Positions 13,890 through 24,429 of a stretch of DNA of 64,000 bases are shown here, piece after piece; the stretch's first letter is position 1, and every line of letters begins with the position of its first letter. The position numbers and the translations under genes were made by a program. The DNA is taken from positions 1-64,000 of the forward strand of contig OZ246001.1 in NCBI GenBank assembly GCA_965230295.1. Direction: 5' to 3'. The notes beneath the pieces are model-generated. The model was not told the origin of the DNA, did no database searches, and worked only from the letters and a program-made list of their open reading frames with translations. This DNA is from Marinicella sp. Lineage in GTDB: Bacteria; Pseudomonadota; Gammaproteobacteria; Xanthomonadales; Marinicellaceae.

Positions 13890-15605
13890 TCAATCACCTA
13901 ATTTATTCTGTATTATGGTTGCACCAAATTGTTGCTGTAGATCAGCCACCACATGATCCACTTGATGCTGTTCAGTTTCTTCTTGTGCTGCTGCCAAAGC
14001 CGACTGTTTTGCCAATGTGTCTGCATCTTCTTTCAAGACAAATTTTAACTTATAGTCCGGTGATGATGCCAACAACTCGTCCTGAATGACACGTTGGGCC
14101 TTTTCTGTCATGAAGTTTTTGGCCGCCTCATCCACTGCAAATGTAATGACTTTTTCGTGATTTTCAAGTATTTCCAGGTTCCTCGCCAATTCCCTGGCCA
14201 TGCCTTTGATCTTCAGTGATTTGAACACTTTTGGCCACGAATCCGGAACCAAGTCCGCCGCATTGATGTTTACAACAGGGTCGACTGGAATATCAACCAC
14301 CACTTCAGGTTCAGGGGCGGCAATGGCTGACCCATTGACCGTGTTGTTTGTACCTGGATCATTTACCGACGATTTTGGTGTCTGGCTGGCTGTTTTTGTT
14401 TGATCAGTTGAGCTGACTGACTTTGTCGACGTATTCGGTTGCTGAGCCGATTTTGTGCTGGATTTACCCCCAGTGCTTGATGAGTCAGAATCATGTTGAC
14501 TTAATTGGGTTTGCCCAGATGGAGATTGTTCGAAAGCCAACATGCGGATGATCGCCATCTCAAAGCTGACTTTTTTACTGGGCGTGAAACTGATTTGTTG
14601 CAATGCCAACACGATCAACTGGTAATACCACTGGATGCTTTCTGCATTGATGTCATGGGCAAAATCTTTCAACTGAGCAATTTCAAAATTCGATCCTCCA
14701 GTGACTTTGCCTAAAGTTTGTAACAAGGATACTTCATGCAGGAGTAAACAAAAATCTTCTAACAAGTGCGTGTAATCAACCGACATGTCATGCAACCACT
14801 CCAGCTTTTCAACCACTGCAGTTTCATTGCCTTCTGCAACCAGCCGCAGCAACTCAGTCACGTGTGAATGTTCTATGGTACCCAACATACTGCGAATTTC
14901 TTCAAATACAATTTGACCTGCACCGAAAGCCAATGACTGGTCTAACAAACTCAAAGCATCCCGCATGCTGCCATCGGCAACACGGGCAATCAGGTTAATG
15001 GCTTGATCATCAAACTGAACTGATTCTTTGTTCAACAACGAAATCAAATGATCAGCAATTTGTTTTTGTGTTAATCGCTTTAAATTAAATTGAAGGCACC
15101 TGGACAAAACAGTGACTGGTAGCTTATCCGGCTCAGTGGTGGCCAGCAGGAATTTGACGTGCTCAGGCGGTTCTTCCAACGTTTTCAACAAAGCATTGAA
15201 ACTGCTTTTTGAGAACATGTGAACCTCATCGATCAAATAGATTTTATATTGACCTTTGTTAGGTGCATACTGCACATTTTCTAACAAGCTCCTGGTGTCA
15301 TCAACACCGGTTCTGGATGCGGCATCCACTTCGATCAAATCAATGAATTCACCGTTTTTGATTTCATTGCAGTGTTGGCATACGCCACAAGGATTTCCTG
15401 ACACACCTTCTAAACAATTGAGTGCTTTGGCCAACACCCTGGCTATGGTCGTTTTACCTACACCGCGAGTCCCGGTGAACAAAAAGGCATGGTGTAATCG
15501 GTCATTATCTAAGCCATTGACCAAGGCTTGAACCACATGTTCTTGGCCAACAATTTCTTGAAAGTTTTGAGGACGGTATTTTCTGGCGAGTACTTGATAG
15601 GTCAT
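13890..15605 (-). CDS. dnaX: DNA polymerase III subunit gamma/tau
   Basis: YQVLARKYRP, GTRGVGKTT, DEVHM, SRC, low-complexity linker, tau C-terminal domain. Confidence 0.97.
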   Translation of the reverse strand: MTYQVLARKYRPQNFQEIVGQEHVVQALVNGLDNDRLHHAFLFTGTRGVGKTTIARVLAKALNCLEGVSGNPCGVCQHCNEIKNGEFIDLIEVDAASRTGVDDTRSLLENVQYAPNKGQYKIYLIDEVHMFSKSSFNALLKTLEEPPEHVKFLLATTEPDKLPVTVLSRCLQFNLKRLTQKQIADHLISLLNKESVQFDDQAINLIARVADGSMRDALSLLDQSLAFGAGQIVFEEIRSMLGTIEHSHVTELLRLVAEGNETAVVEKLEWLHDMSVDYTHLLEDFCLLLHEVSLLQTLGKVTGGSNFEIAQLKDFAHDINAESIQWYYQLIVLALQQISFTPSKKVSFEMAIIRMLAFEQSPSGQTQLSQHDSDSSSTGGKSSTKSAQQPNTSTKSVSSTDQTKTASQTPKSSVNDPGTNNTVNGSAIAAPEPEVVVDIPVDPVVNINAADLVPDSWPKVFKSLKIKGMARELARNLEILENHEKVITFAVDEAAKNFMTEKAQRVIQDELLASSPDYKLKFVLKEDADTLAKQSALAAAQEETEQHQVDHVVADLQQQFGATIIQNKLGD

Positions 15606-15624
15606 TTTGAAATGTCTGAATTAA

Positions 15625-15735
15625 AGGGACTCCCGCCAGCCGGTCCTCACACATAAAATCACAGCTGCGGCTGCTCCCTTCCGGGCCTGACCGGGTTCAC
15701 TGCTATTTATTGCGAGGTGACAAACGGAAGTCACC
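15625..15735 (-). ncRNA. ffs: Signal recognition particle 4.5S RNA
   Basis: Minus strand CCGGTCAGGCCCGGAAGGGAGCAGCC domain IV core inside a long hairpin; directly upstream of dnaX. Confidence 0.92.
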
Positions 15736-15743
15736 GAGGCGGT

Positions 15744-15772
15744 ATTATCTATGAACTGATTTGGTTTGTCTA
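15744..15772 (-). promoter_or_regulatory. ffs promoter (sigma70)
   Basis: TAGACA-17 bp-GATAAT followed by GC-rich ACCGCC. Confidence 0.6.
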
Positions 15773-15775
15773 CCA

Positions 15776-16480
15776 TCATGCCAGAGAATATTTATCCGGA
15801 TTATTTTTTATCACTTGTTTAATCAATGGCACCGTTACTTTGCGTTTGTATTTTAAGGATTCCACAGCCACCAAAGTAAACAACTGATATAACTCAGGAT
15901 ATGAGCTGCTCAGGTGTGTCCTTAAATATTGCATCACTGCCTCATCAACACCAATGCCATTCATTTCAAATTGCTGGGTGATACAAGCCAAAGATTGATC
16001 GCCTTTCAAAGGCTCCAGCCCTAATGTGAGTCCTGAACTTAATCGAGACACCAAATCAGGCAGTTGCCACACCGCATCTTTGGCATGAACGCTGGCTGTC
16101 ACAACCATTTTAATGGCATGGCTTTTACAGTGATTGAATATATTAAACAAGGCCAATTCACCCTGCTCTGAACCTGACAGCAGATCAACATCATCAATCA
16201 ATAAAAACTGTAACTCCCGAGGTAAGATAACGGACAAATCATGCTGTAGAATTTGATTTGAGGGTGCTGAAAAATATTCACAGCTGTTCTGTTGCAACAC
16301 CCCTCCCAAAGCGGCCAACAGGTGAGATTTACCGGTGTAACCCACACCCCAGATATAACTGAACTGTGGCAATTTGACTGGATCCTGAAGCACATTGACC
16401 ACTGCCTCATTGCCAAGGTAATGGGCAAAAGTTTGCTCAGCCAGTTGATTGAATGGAAGGGTTGCCTGTTGTTGACTCAT
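15776..16480 (-). CDS. hda: DnaA regulatory inactivator Hda
   Basis: N-terminal clamp-binding-like QATLPF, TGKSHLL, LPDLVSRL, RKVTVPLIKQV; upstream of purM. Confidence 0.88.
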   Translation of the reverse strand: MSQQQATLPFNQLAEQTFAHYLGNEAVVNVLQDPVKLPQFSYIWGVGYTGKSHLLAALGGVLQQNSCEYFSAPSNQILQHDLSVILPRELQFLLIDDVDLLSGSEQGELALFNIFNHCKSHAIKMVVTASVHAKDAVWQLPDLVSRLSSGLTLGLEPLKGDQSLACITQQFEMNGIGVDEAVMQYLRTHLSSSYPELYQLFTLVAVESLKYKRKVTVPLIKQVIKNNPDKYSLA

Positions 16481-17661
16481 TAACTGGTCTCATCCACCCC
16501 GTTTGCTCCTTCGTCTTGATTCGGCTCAACAGCCACTTGCCGGGCTTTCTTCTTGGGTTCAGGATCACCTTTGTTAGACAAACTGATGTCACTTTCTTTG
16601 CCGTACAGCTTACTGCCCATATAGCGCTCATGACCATGTCTTAATAACACCATGACCACTGCAGCCAGCGGCAAACCCAATAACACACCGACAAAACCAA
16701 ACAATTGGCCACCGGCCAACACTGAGAAAATCACCGCCACTGGGTGTAAACCAATGCGATCACCAACCAACCATGGGGTCAATACAAAACCTTCCAGCAA
16801 CTGTCCAGTACCAAAAACTATCAACACATAAAAGATATGATTCAAATCACCAAATTGCACCATGGCTGCGATCAATCCAGCCACCAAGCCCACAAAAGTG
16901 CCAAGATAAGGTACAAAGGAAATCAAGCCTGCCCCCATGCCAATCAACAGCGAGAGTTCAATACCGACTATCCATAATCCAATGGTGTAAATCGCCCCAA
17001 GTGCTAACATCACGCTTAATTGGCCACGCAGGAATGAACTTAAAACTGAATTGGCATCTTTGGCTATTTGGGTAACGGTGCGGTAATAAGGTCTTGGAAT
17101 CAATTCACTGACCCGATTGGTAATGATGTCCCAATCACGCAACAAATAAAAGGTGACTACCGGGATCAATAAAAAATTCATCAACCAATTAACAATCACC
17201 AAACCACTTTTGGTCACCGAACTGATGACTGACTGTGCAATGCCACCTGCACTTTCCCAATGAGCTTTTAATAACTGGGTTAATTCAGTGATATCGAATA
17301 AATTGGTCTCAATGCCAAAAGTTGATTGCAGCCAGGGTGAGACGTTGTCACTGAGCCACTGGAAATACACGGGCAAATTTCTGATGAAACTCGAGATTTG
17401 CCTCTCTAATGTAGGAATCAACACCAAGGCGACTGCAAACACAATCAGGCTGATCACTAAAAACACCAAAGTCACTGATATGGTGCGATTCAGTTTCCAT
17501 GTTTCCAACTTGTCTGCCAACGGATCGAACAAATAGGCCAACAATGCACCCACTGCAAATGGGGTTAATATGGGTGACAACAAATACACCAGGTACCCTG
17601 TTAATAAAACCAAAGCCAAAACATACCATTGTTTATTAATCTTGTTTGTCACCATAATCAC
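16480..17661 (-). CDS. AI-2E family (PerM-like) membrane transporter
   Basis: Multi-TM; PVVTFYLLRDW, FLRGQL, FVPYLG, GDRIGLHPVAVIFS. Confidence 0.9.
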   Translation of the reverse strand: MIMVTNKINKQWYVLALVLLTGYLVYLLSPILTPFAVGALLAYLFDPLADKLETWKLNRTISVTLVFLVISLIVFAVALVLIPTLERQISSFIRNLPVYFQWLSDNVSPWLQSTFGIETNLFDITELTQLLKAHWESAGGIAQSVISSVTKSGLVIVNWLMNFLLIPVVTFYLLRDWDIITNRVSELIPRPYYRTVTQIAKDANSVLSSFLRGQLSVMLALGAIYTIGLWIVGIELSLLIGMGAGLISFVPYLGTFVGLVAGLIAAMVQFGDLNHIFYVLIVFGTGQLLEGFVLTPWLVGDRIGLHPVAVIFSVLAGGQLFGFVGVLLGLPLAAVVMVLLRHGHERYMGSKLYGKESDISLSNKGDPEPKKKARQVAVEPNQDEGANGVDETS

Positions 17662-18230
17662 TCCTTAATTTGTTTCGCCTGTGTTTGTTTTTTCATTTTA
17701 ACACCCATCCAGACATAATCTAAGCCACTCCAGACAGTGAACACGGCCACCATCAAGATCAGGGTTGGGTGAAAGTCTGTTAAATCGAGTAGTCCAGCAA
17801 ATGAAACCAACAATACAACAATTAACAGGATTTGTAATACTGTGTTGGTTTTACTGATGAGGGTTGGCGTTGCTTTCTCAAGTTTACCAACCCTGAAGTG
17901 GTAGTATGTGGCACCTGCGACAATGAGTACATCTCTGCCCACCACCAGCAAATACAGCCACACAGGGATCACGCCTTGCAACACAAAGACACTGTAACAG
18001 CACAGCATCATTAACTTATCTGCCAATGGGTCCAAAACCCCGCCGAGCCAACCTTGCCAATTGTATTTTTTGGCCAAGAATCCATCCAATCCATCTGAAG
18101 CACCAGCAATGACTGCAACCAGTAGAGCCCCTTTATATTCTTTATGCCACATCAACCAAACCAATGGCAACAAAGCAATCATTCTGCCAATGGTGATCAG
18201 GTTAGGTATGTATTTAAAATAGGCCGTCAT
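17658..18230 (-). CDS. CDP-alcohol phosphatidyltransferase family protein
   Basis: IPNLITIGR, DGLDGFLA..GGVLDPLADK motif. Confidence 0.9.
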   Translation of the reverse strand: MTAYFKYIPNLITIGRMIALLPLVWLMWHKEYKGALLVAVIAGASDGLDGFLAKKYNWQGWLGGVLDPLADKLMMLCCYSVFVLQGVIPVWLYLLVVGRDVLIVAGATYYHFRVGKLEKATPTLISKTNTVLQILLIVVLLVSFAGLLDLTDFHPTLILMVAVFTVWSGLDYVWMGVKMKKQTQAKQIKE

Positions 18231-19252
18231 TGCACATATTTAAACAGGATTGATTGCCCTAAATCCAATGGGACATGTTCTAACAACCCTTCATTTTCAA
18301 CATAGTTCACAAATGTATCCGGCAACACCTTAATACGCATCACTAACTTCAACTGATTACCCTTTAGCTGATGTGCCTGATATTGTTCAACCAAAGCATG
18401 TTTATCCAGGTAGTCCAACAAATGCAACATGTGCTCCGCTTCATACAGGTTGTTAACCGTTATAGCGACCGTATTTTCACTGAACTCATCTGCAAAGAGT
18501 CTTTGACCATTCGCCAATACCGCTTGAATGGCAGAGGCTAAAGATTTCAGACCTGCCGCTAAATCAATAAATTTTAAGTTTTTAATCATCAGCGGCTGCT
18601 CTGCCTGAGCCAGTCCGAAGCGATAAGAGTATCCAGATCCTGTGTGCTGAACGAAAACCAAAAGCACCATACCAACCTCTTTGTTGGCCTGTATATAATC
18701 AATCAAGTCGGGGTTCAGGTACCTCACGTCTCTGGGTAGAAAGGTTAACAAGTCTTCAGCACTTGGATCGTAGAATTGTGTCGGCACGCCCATCACATCA
18801 AACCATTTTTTAAGCCAATATACGGCCTCGGAATCTGCTGCAGCATGTGACAGTGGCTGATCTTGAAATTCTTCTACCACCCAAACATAAAGCTCTGACC
18901 TTCTTTCAGGCCAGACAGGAATGTTTTGATCCAGCATGAATTGATGCATTTTTTCATCATCAACAATGAGGTGGTACCAAAGCGCATCTGAATCAAATCG
19001 TGCCGGAACGTTTTCGAAATAACTTCTTAACACCACCGAATTCAAAGTGTCATTCAATTCATACTGCTTCATAAGTTCGTCACCACTGATGCCGCTTTTT
19101 TTGATCAACACAGACAATAAGCTGGCTCGGGTCTTCTCCCCATCTGTCATTTCTCCAGGCGCTATCAAAGCGGCTGAATGGTTGGCATCTACTGTGGCCG
19201 CATGTAGATCAAAACAAAGGGTAACAAGTAACAATAAACTGAAGCATTTCAT
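18227..19252 (-). CDS. DUF2066-like secreted protein
   Basis: Signal peptide, PVWPERRSELYVWVV; conserved position divergent from purM. Confidence 0.65.
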   Translation of the reverse strand: MKCFSLLLLVTLCFDLHAATVDANHSAALIAPGEMTDGEKTRASLLSVLIKKSGISGDELMKQYELNDTLNSVVLRSYFENVPARFDSDALWYHLIVDDEKMHQFMLDQNIPVWPERRSELYVWVVEEFQDQPLSHAAADSEAVYWLKKWFDVMGVPTQFYDPSAEDLLTFLPRDVRYLNPDLIDYIQANKEVGMVLLVFVQHTGSGYSYRFGLAQAEQPLMIKNLKFIDLAAGLKSLASAIQAVLANGQRLFADEFSENTVAITVNNLYEAEHMLHLLDYLDKHALVEQYQAHQLKGNQLKLVMRIKVLPDTFVNYVENEGLLEHVPLDLGQSILFKYVQ

Positions 19253-19376
19253 GGGCACCAATTATAAAGGAATAAATTAGTGCCTAAGCAATTAAATTTT
19301 TGCTAATTTTCCACCCTATCAAGTGGCCAATGACATAAAATCAGCAACATTTTAAAAATCCACGAAAATTAATAAC

Positions 19377-20414
19377 ATGGCAGAGAGTAAATCTTATACC
19401 TATAAAGATGCTGGTGTTGATATTGATGCCGGCAATCAGCTCGTAGACAACATCAAACCACTGGTCAAAGCCACACACAGATCTGGTGTGATGGGATCAT
19501 TGGGCGGTTTTGGCGGCTTGTTTGATTTATCACAAGTCGCTGTTGAAAATCCGGTATTGGTTTCCGGCACAGACGGCGTGGGTACCAAACTGAAATTAGC
19601 TCACATTTTAGGAGATCACAGTACCATTGGCATCGACTTGGTGGCCATGTGTGTTAATGACATCATTGTGCTGGGTGCAGAACCACTGTTTTTTCTTGAC
19701 TACTATGCCTGCGGACAATTGGACCAACACCAAGCCACTCAAGTCATTGCTGGCATTGCCCAAGGCTGCAAAGAATCAGGCTGCGCTTTGATTGGCGGTG
19801 AAACAGCAGAAATGCCTGGCATGTATGAAGGTGACGACTATGATTTGGCTGGATTCGTGGTTGGTGTGGTTGATAAAACCAAAGTCATTGATGGCTCAAA
19901 CATTGAAGCCGATCAGACCCTCATTGGCGTGGCCTCATCCGGACCTCATTCAAACGGCTATTCTTTGATCAGAAAAATTGTCGATGACACTCAAGCTGAT
20001 TTGAATCAGCCTTTCGACGGTTCAACCTTGGGTAAAAAATTATTGGCACCAACACAGTTGTATGTAAAACCCATCTTAAACATCTTACAAAACAACACCC
20101 AAATTCATGGCATCGCTCATATCACTGGTGGCGGCATCATGGAAAATATTTCACGGGTGATGCCAGAAGGAATTGCCATTGAAGTCAACCAACACAGTTG
20201 GCAAAGACCCGCTGTTTTCGAATGGTTACAACAACAAGGTAACATTGAGGACATTGAAATGTTGCGTACTTTTAATTGTGGCATTGGTTTATGTGTGGTG
20301 GTGGACAATGACGATGCCGCTGATGTCATTAAGCAATTCAAAGCACAGCATATCAACGCATGGAACATTGGCAAAACCACACCCAATTCCGGGCAAGAAG
20401 TCATCATTAAATAA
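19377..20414 (+). CDS. purM: Phosphoribosylformylglycinamidine cyclo-ligase
   Basis: YKDAGVDI, TDGVGTK, GGETAEMPG, AHITGGG. Confidence 0.97.
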   Translation: MAESKSYTYKDAGVDIDAGNQLVDNIKPLVKATHRSGVMGSLGGFGGLFDLSQVAVENPVLVSGTDGVGTKLKLAHILGDHSTIGIDLVAMCVNDIIVLGAEPLFFLDYYACGQLDQHQATQVIAGIAQGCKESGCALIGGETAEMPGMYEGDDYDLAGFVVGVVDKTKVIDGSNIEADQTLIGVASSGPHSNGYSLIRKIVDDTQADLNQPFDGSTLGKKLLAPTQLYVKPILNILQNNTQIHGIAHITGGGIMENISRVMPEGIAIEVNQHSWQRPAVFEWLQQQGNIEDIEMLRTFNCGIGLCVVVDNDDAADVIKQFKAQHINAWNIGKTTPNSGQEVIIK

Positions 20415-21025
20415 TGAAAATTGCGGTATTGATTTCTGGTCGAGGTAGCAATCTGGAAGCCTTGATCAAACATCAAATTGGCTACCAAGTAGCCCATGTC
20501 ATCAGCAACAACTTTCATGCAAGAGGCTTACAAATTGCCAAACAGCATGGCATCATAAACACTTGTATTGACTGGACTGACCCGGTCAAAGCTGAAAAAA
20601 TGCTGGTGGATTTGTTGCAAGACAGCCCTATAGACCTGATAGTGTTGGCTGGGTTCATGCGCATTTTGTCGGCAGATTTTGTCAACCAATTCAGTGATAA
20701 AATTCTCAACATTCATCCGTCTTTGCTACCGAAATATCCCGGTTTAAACACCCACCAAAAAGTTCTTGATAACAATGACAAGTCACACGGTGCATCAGTA
20801 CATCTGGTTGACGAAGGACTTGACCAGGGTCCAGTTATAGCTCAGACTGCCATAACTGTGCATGAAAGTGATGACAAAGAGTCCCTGGCAGATCGATTAA
20901 TTTTAAAAGAACATAAACTTTTAACGACTGTGATGGGTCTAATTGCGACCGGTGACTTACAATGGAACAAGCAAAACATCACCTGGAAACAGAAAACATT
21001 AAATAAACCTTTGATGATTGAATAA
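20414..21025 (+). CDS. purN: Phosphoribosylglycinamide formyltransferase
   Basis: ISGRGSNL, LAGFMRIL, NIHPSLLP. Confidence 0.96.
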   Translation: MKIAVLISGRGSNLEALIKHQIGYQVAHVISNNFHARGLQIAKQHGIINTCIDWTDPVKAEKMLVDLLQDSPIDLIVLAGFMRILSADFVNQFSDKILNIHPSLLPKYPGLNTHQKVLDNNDKSHGASVHLVDEGLDQGPVIAQTAITVHESDDKESLADRLILKEHKLLTTVMGLIATGDLQWNKQNITWKQKTLNKPLMIE

Positions 21026-21028
21026 AAT

Positions 21029-21742
21029 TTGAGCAACACAGCACCCATAATAATTTTTCTGACATTATTGACTTGGCAGTCATCAGCACTGTGCACCCAA
21101 TACCTCCCAAGCTATGAAGCCACCTATACCATCAGCAGGGATGGCAAACCCACTGCCAAACAAAAAACCACTTTTGAACAGCAGACCAATAATCAATTTG
21201 TTCTTAAAGATGTCACCAAAGGCACCCATGGTCTGGCCTCACTCAGTGGATTTGAACGCACAGAAACCACCCATTTCGAACTGTCAGACATGAATGTCGT
21301 AGACATCAAACATAAAATGAAACAAGAAGTGGCGTTCAAGAGTAAAGTATTCAAATTCAATGCCAACGTCAACGACAACAGCATCAGCGGGAAAAACAAA
21401 AAAGAAGACTTTTCTGTGCAATCTGACATCACCCCCATCAGCTCACACATGCTGCCATGGTGGCTCAGTATCCTGGTTTGCGATGGTGCTCAATCCATTA
21501 CAATTCCAGTCATGAAATCAAAACGCATTAAAACGTACCAATTTAAAGTGACTGAAGAGAAACAGGGTTTAATCAAAGTAGATCGTGTTTATGAATCTGG
21601 CGTTGATCGCTCAACGTCAACTTGGCTTGATAAAAACATGCAATGTTTTCCAGTTAAAACCCGCCATCAGGAAAGCGATGATCCAGTGATTGAAACAGTA
21701 TTAATAAACCATCAATTCATGACCAACAGTACTGGTAAATAA
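21029..21742 (+). CDS. DUF3108-like secreted protein
   Basis: Signal peptide, beta-rich YEATYTI..TWLDK..FPVK; typical gene after purN. Confidence 0.6.
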   Translation: MSNTAPIIIFLTLLTWQSSALCTQYLPSYEATYTISRDGKPTAKQKTTFEQQTNNQFVLKDVTKGTHGLASLSGFERTETTHFELSDMNVVDIKHKMKQEVAFKSKVFKFNANVNDNSISGKNKKEDFSVQSDITPISSHMLPWWLSILVCDGAQSITIPVMKSKRIKTYQFKVTEEKQGLIKVDRVYESGVDRSTSTWLDKNMQCFPVKTRHQESDDPVIETVLINHQFMTNSTGK

Positions 21743-21803
21743 ATCACTTTTTCACATAATAGGGAAGCATCGCCCGTGAAGCAAAGTGTTTAAATAGATG
21801 CGC

Positions 21804-21850
21804 TTGTAATCACAATCAAACTTCAGGTATGATATACGAGGAACTTCGTT
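21804..21850 (+). promoter_or_regulatory. Promoter and putative BlaI-family operator
   Basis: TTGTAA-18 bp-TATGAT followed at once by the dyad ACGA-N6-TCGT (21836-21849) over the presumed start site. Confidence 0.5.
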
Positions 21851-21867
21851 AAACTATACTACTTACT

Positions 21868-22251
21868 ATGAACAATCTACCAAAACCAACCAAAACAGAA
21901 CTGGCTATTCTAAACATCATGTGGATGATTTCGCCGGCAACGGTGCGTCAAATTCATGAAGAAATCATTAAAAATGGCAAAACCAGTTACACCACCACCC
22001 TGAAGATGTTACAAGTCATGCATCAAAAAGGCCTGGTCACCAGAAACAGTGAGCACAAAGCCCATATTTACGAACCCACTTTGAGCAAGAAAGAAACCCA
22101 AAATCAAATGTTGGACGATCTTAAGAATCGCCTGTTTGGAGGTTCAATCAGCTCTTTGGTGCTACAAGCACTGGGTACCACAGACACCACCAAACAGTCA
22201 GAACTTGATGAAATCAAAGCACTGCTGGAAAAAGTTGAGAACAACCAATAA
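21868..22251 (+). CDS. BlaI/MecI/CopY family repressor
   Basis: PTKTELAILNIMW..ATVRQIH..YTTTLKMLQVM..KGLV..LFGGS. Confidence 0.93.
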   Translation: MNNLPKPTKTELAILNIMWMISPATVRQIHEEIIKNGKTSYTTTLKMLQVMHQKGLVTRNSEHKAHIYEPTLSKKETQNQMLDDLKNRLFGGSISSLVLQALGTTDTTKQSELDEIKALLEKVENNQ

Positions 22252-22261
22252 CTAAAAATTT

Positions 22262-24094
22262 ATGCTCGCATCAGAGACACAATTGCTTATTTCATCTATT
22301 GGATGGGCACTGATCCACTTCTTGTGGCAAGGGACATTGATAACCTTTGCTTATTGGATCATCACCAGAAACATGCAATCAGTGCATGCCAAATACTGGA
22401 CAGGCATGGCCATGGTGGTGGTCAGTCTACTGGTTCCCATTATCAACATAAGCACTGCCAACTCCACCTCGGTTACCAATGAAGGGTTGACCCACCTATC
22501 CACCGCTGTCATCTCACATCAACAGATTGGGGTTGATGGATTGATTCAATACTTGATTAATGCCAGTTTGCCTTATGTGGTCATGGTGTGGGCGTTTACT
22601 GTATTATTCCTGAGCTTTCGCCTCATCCGTTCATGGGTTCAATTGGCAGCCATTAAACATGACTGTGATCCAAGAACCTCCAGCCAGCTGAAGCAATACA
22701 TCAAAAACATAGCAATCAAGTTGGATTTACCCACCATCCCGATGCTTAAAATCTCTAGACAGGTGATGATTCCAGCTGCTTACGGCTTGTTTAAACCCAC
22801 CATTTTATTGCCTTTGAGTTTGATCAACCAAATCCCCAAGGAACAATTAGAAGCCATCATTAAACATGAATTGTGCCATTTAAAACGCAATGATTTTGTC
22901 CACAACATCATTCAGTTATGTGCCGATATTCTGTTGTTCTTCCACCCTGGAATCAGGTGGATGAACAATGACATCAGGCATATAAGAGAGCAATGTTGCG
23001 ACCAAATGGTGTTGTCACATGACACTGAAAAACTGACTTATGCAAAAGCCTTAACCAACATTGCGGCGTTTTCTAATGGCATGAATATTAAACCCAGTAT
23101 ACAACTGGGCATCAACGATGGCATGTTACTGAACAGGGTCAAGTTTTTATTACAAAATAATTCCAGCCAATCATCATTAATGATATTCATACCATTTTTG
23201 ATGTTGATCATGTTTATGATCGTTATGCTACAACCAGCCAACAATGAGTTTGACGAACGATTGGCATCACAAAACAGTTCAATCAACAACACTGCCTGGC
23301 CAGCCGAAAAAAGTGAGCCGCCTGCCATTCAACAAAAACGCATGAGCAACCGGTCTTTTTACCCCAGATTTGACACACCGCCAGCACCAGATTCCATTTC
23401 AAATACCCTAAGGGAATCAGTTGAATCTGAACAATTCATCAGTTTTGAGACTGATCAGGCTGTACCAGACAGGGAAGCTGAGTCTGTGCCTTTCCAGTCC
23501 CTCGACAGGAACAGTTTGCTCAATGACATTAAGTTAGACATTCAGCTACCCACAACCAATTTATCAGACGCAGAAATATTTCCAACAGAACATAGCTCAA
23601 ACCCAGATTTGATTCAGGAGATTGATGCCAACCTCACAGCCGCCTCGCCATTGAATGTGGCAGTTGTTGAACCGACTGATGACAACCTTCTGAACTCGAC
23701 TGCGTTGACCACCAGCACTTCTGAATTATCATCTTTCGATAACAAGGACATCATTAAACCCGAATTCAAGCGTTATGTGGCACCCAAATACCCACAGTAT
23801 TTTTGGTATAACCAAATTGAACAAGAAGTCATTGCAACATTTAAAATTCAACCCAATGGCCGTGCTTATGACATCAATCTGACTTCTCAAATTAATAATT
23901 TTGTTGCCTTTGAACAAGAAGTAGAAAAGGCCATAAAACGATGGAAATTTGATACCAGTTCATTGAACAACAGCACCTTACAAAGGACGTACCAACAGAT
24001 ATTCAGTTTTGTTATTTCTGATGAAATAATTAAAAACTGTGAGCAAAAAACCACGGGTACCAGACTCAGCAAACCCATGCCTTGTAATAAATAA
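22262..24094 (+). CDS. M56 (BlaR1/MecR1-type) metallopeptidase with C-terminal TonB-like domain
   Basis: WALIHFLWQG, HELCHLKRND, FFHP..W, REQCCD; C-terminal PKYP..FEQEVEKAIKRWKF. Confidence 0.9.
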   Translation: MLASETQLLISSIGWALIHFLWQGTLITFAYWIITRNMQSVHAKYWTGMAMVVVSLLVPIINISTANSTSVTNEGLTHLSTAVISHQQIGVDGLIQYLINASLPYVVMVWAFTVLFLSFRLIRSWVQLAAIKHDCDPRTSSQLKQYIKNIAIKLDLPTIPMLKISRQVMIPAAYGLFKPTILLPLSLINQIPKEQLEAIIKHELCHLKRNDFVHNIIQLCADILLFFHPGIRWMNNDIRHIREQCCDQMVLSHDTEKLTYAKALTNIAAFSNGMNIKPSIQLGINDGMLLNRVKFLLQNNSSQSSLMIFIPFLMLIMFMIVMLQPANNEFDERLASQNSSINNTAWPAEKSEPPAIQQKRMSNRSFYPRFDTPPAPDSISNTLRESVESEQFISFETDQAVPDREAESVPFQSLDRNSLLNDIKLDIQLPTTNLSDAEIFPTEHSSNPDLIQEIDANLTAASPLNVAVVEPTDDNLLNSTALTTSTSELSSFDNKDIIKPEFKRYVAPKYPQYFWYNQIEQEVIATFKIQPNGRAYDINLTSQINNFVAFEQEVEKAIKRWKFDTSSLNNSTLQRTYQQIFSFVISDEIIKNCEQKTTGTRLSKPMPCNK

Positions 24095-24097
24095 AAC

Positions 24098-24379
24098 ATG
24101 TCAGAAATCAACATATCTTATCCCTTGGAATGTCACATTGACCATTCGAAAGAAACCATCCAGACATTATTGAATGCACTTGAAAACAAGTATTCCATCA
24201 AGCATGAATTCACCAGTGAGCATGAATGCACACTATCAGGCTCTGGTGTGTCAGGACAGTTGGTTTTGGATGATGAAGGGATTGAAATATATGCCAAACT
24301 GGGCTTTTTTATGATCCCATTCAAAACCGTGATTGAAGCTGAGATCATGAATAAGTTGGATGAGTCTTTTCAAACATAA
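24098..24379 (+). CDS. Polyhydroxyalkanoic acid system (PHA_gran_rgn) family protein
   Basis: SGVSGQL..AKLGFFMIPFKTVIEAEIMNKLD. Confidence 0.7.
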   Translation: MSEINISYPLECHIDHSKETIQTLLNALENKYSIKHEFTSEHECTLSGSGVSGQLVLDDEGIEIYAKLGFFMIPFKTVIEAEIMNKLDESFQT

Positions 24380-24405
24380 AAAAACCGACTGATTAGTCGG
24401 TTTTT
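24378..24405. terminator. Bidirectional intrinsic terminator
   Basis: AAAAAAACCGACT-GATT-AGTCGGTTTTT between convergent genes. Confidence 0.85.
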
Positions 24406-24429
24406 CAATACTAAATTCTGATCAATTTC

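Noticed and set aside
14568-14580. dnaX A6G as a -1 frameshift site producing gamma
   Set aside because: Phase is AGT AAA AAA GTC, not A AAA AAG, and it lies within the collar domain, too early to give an intact gamma
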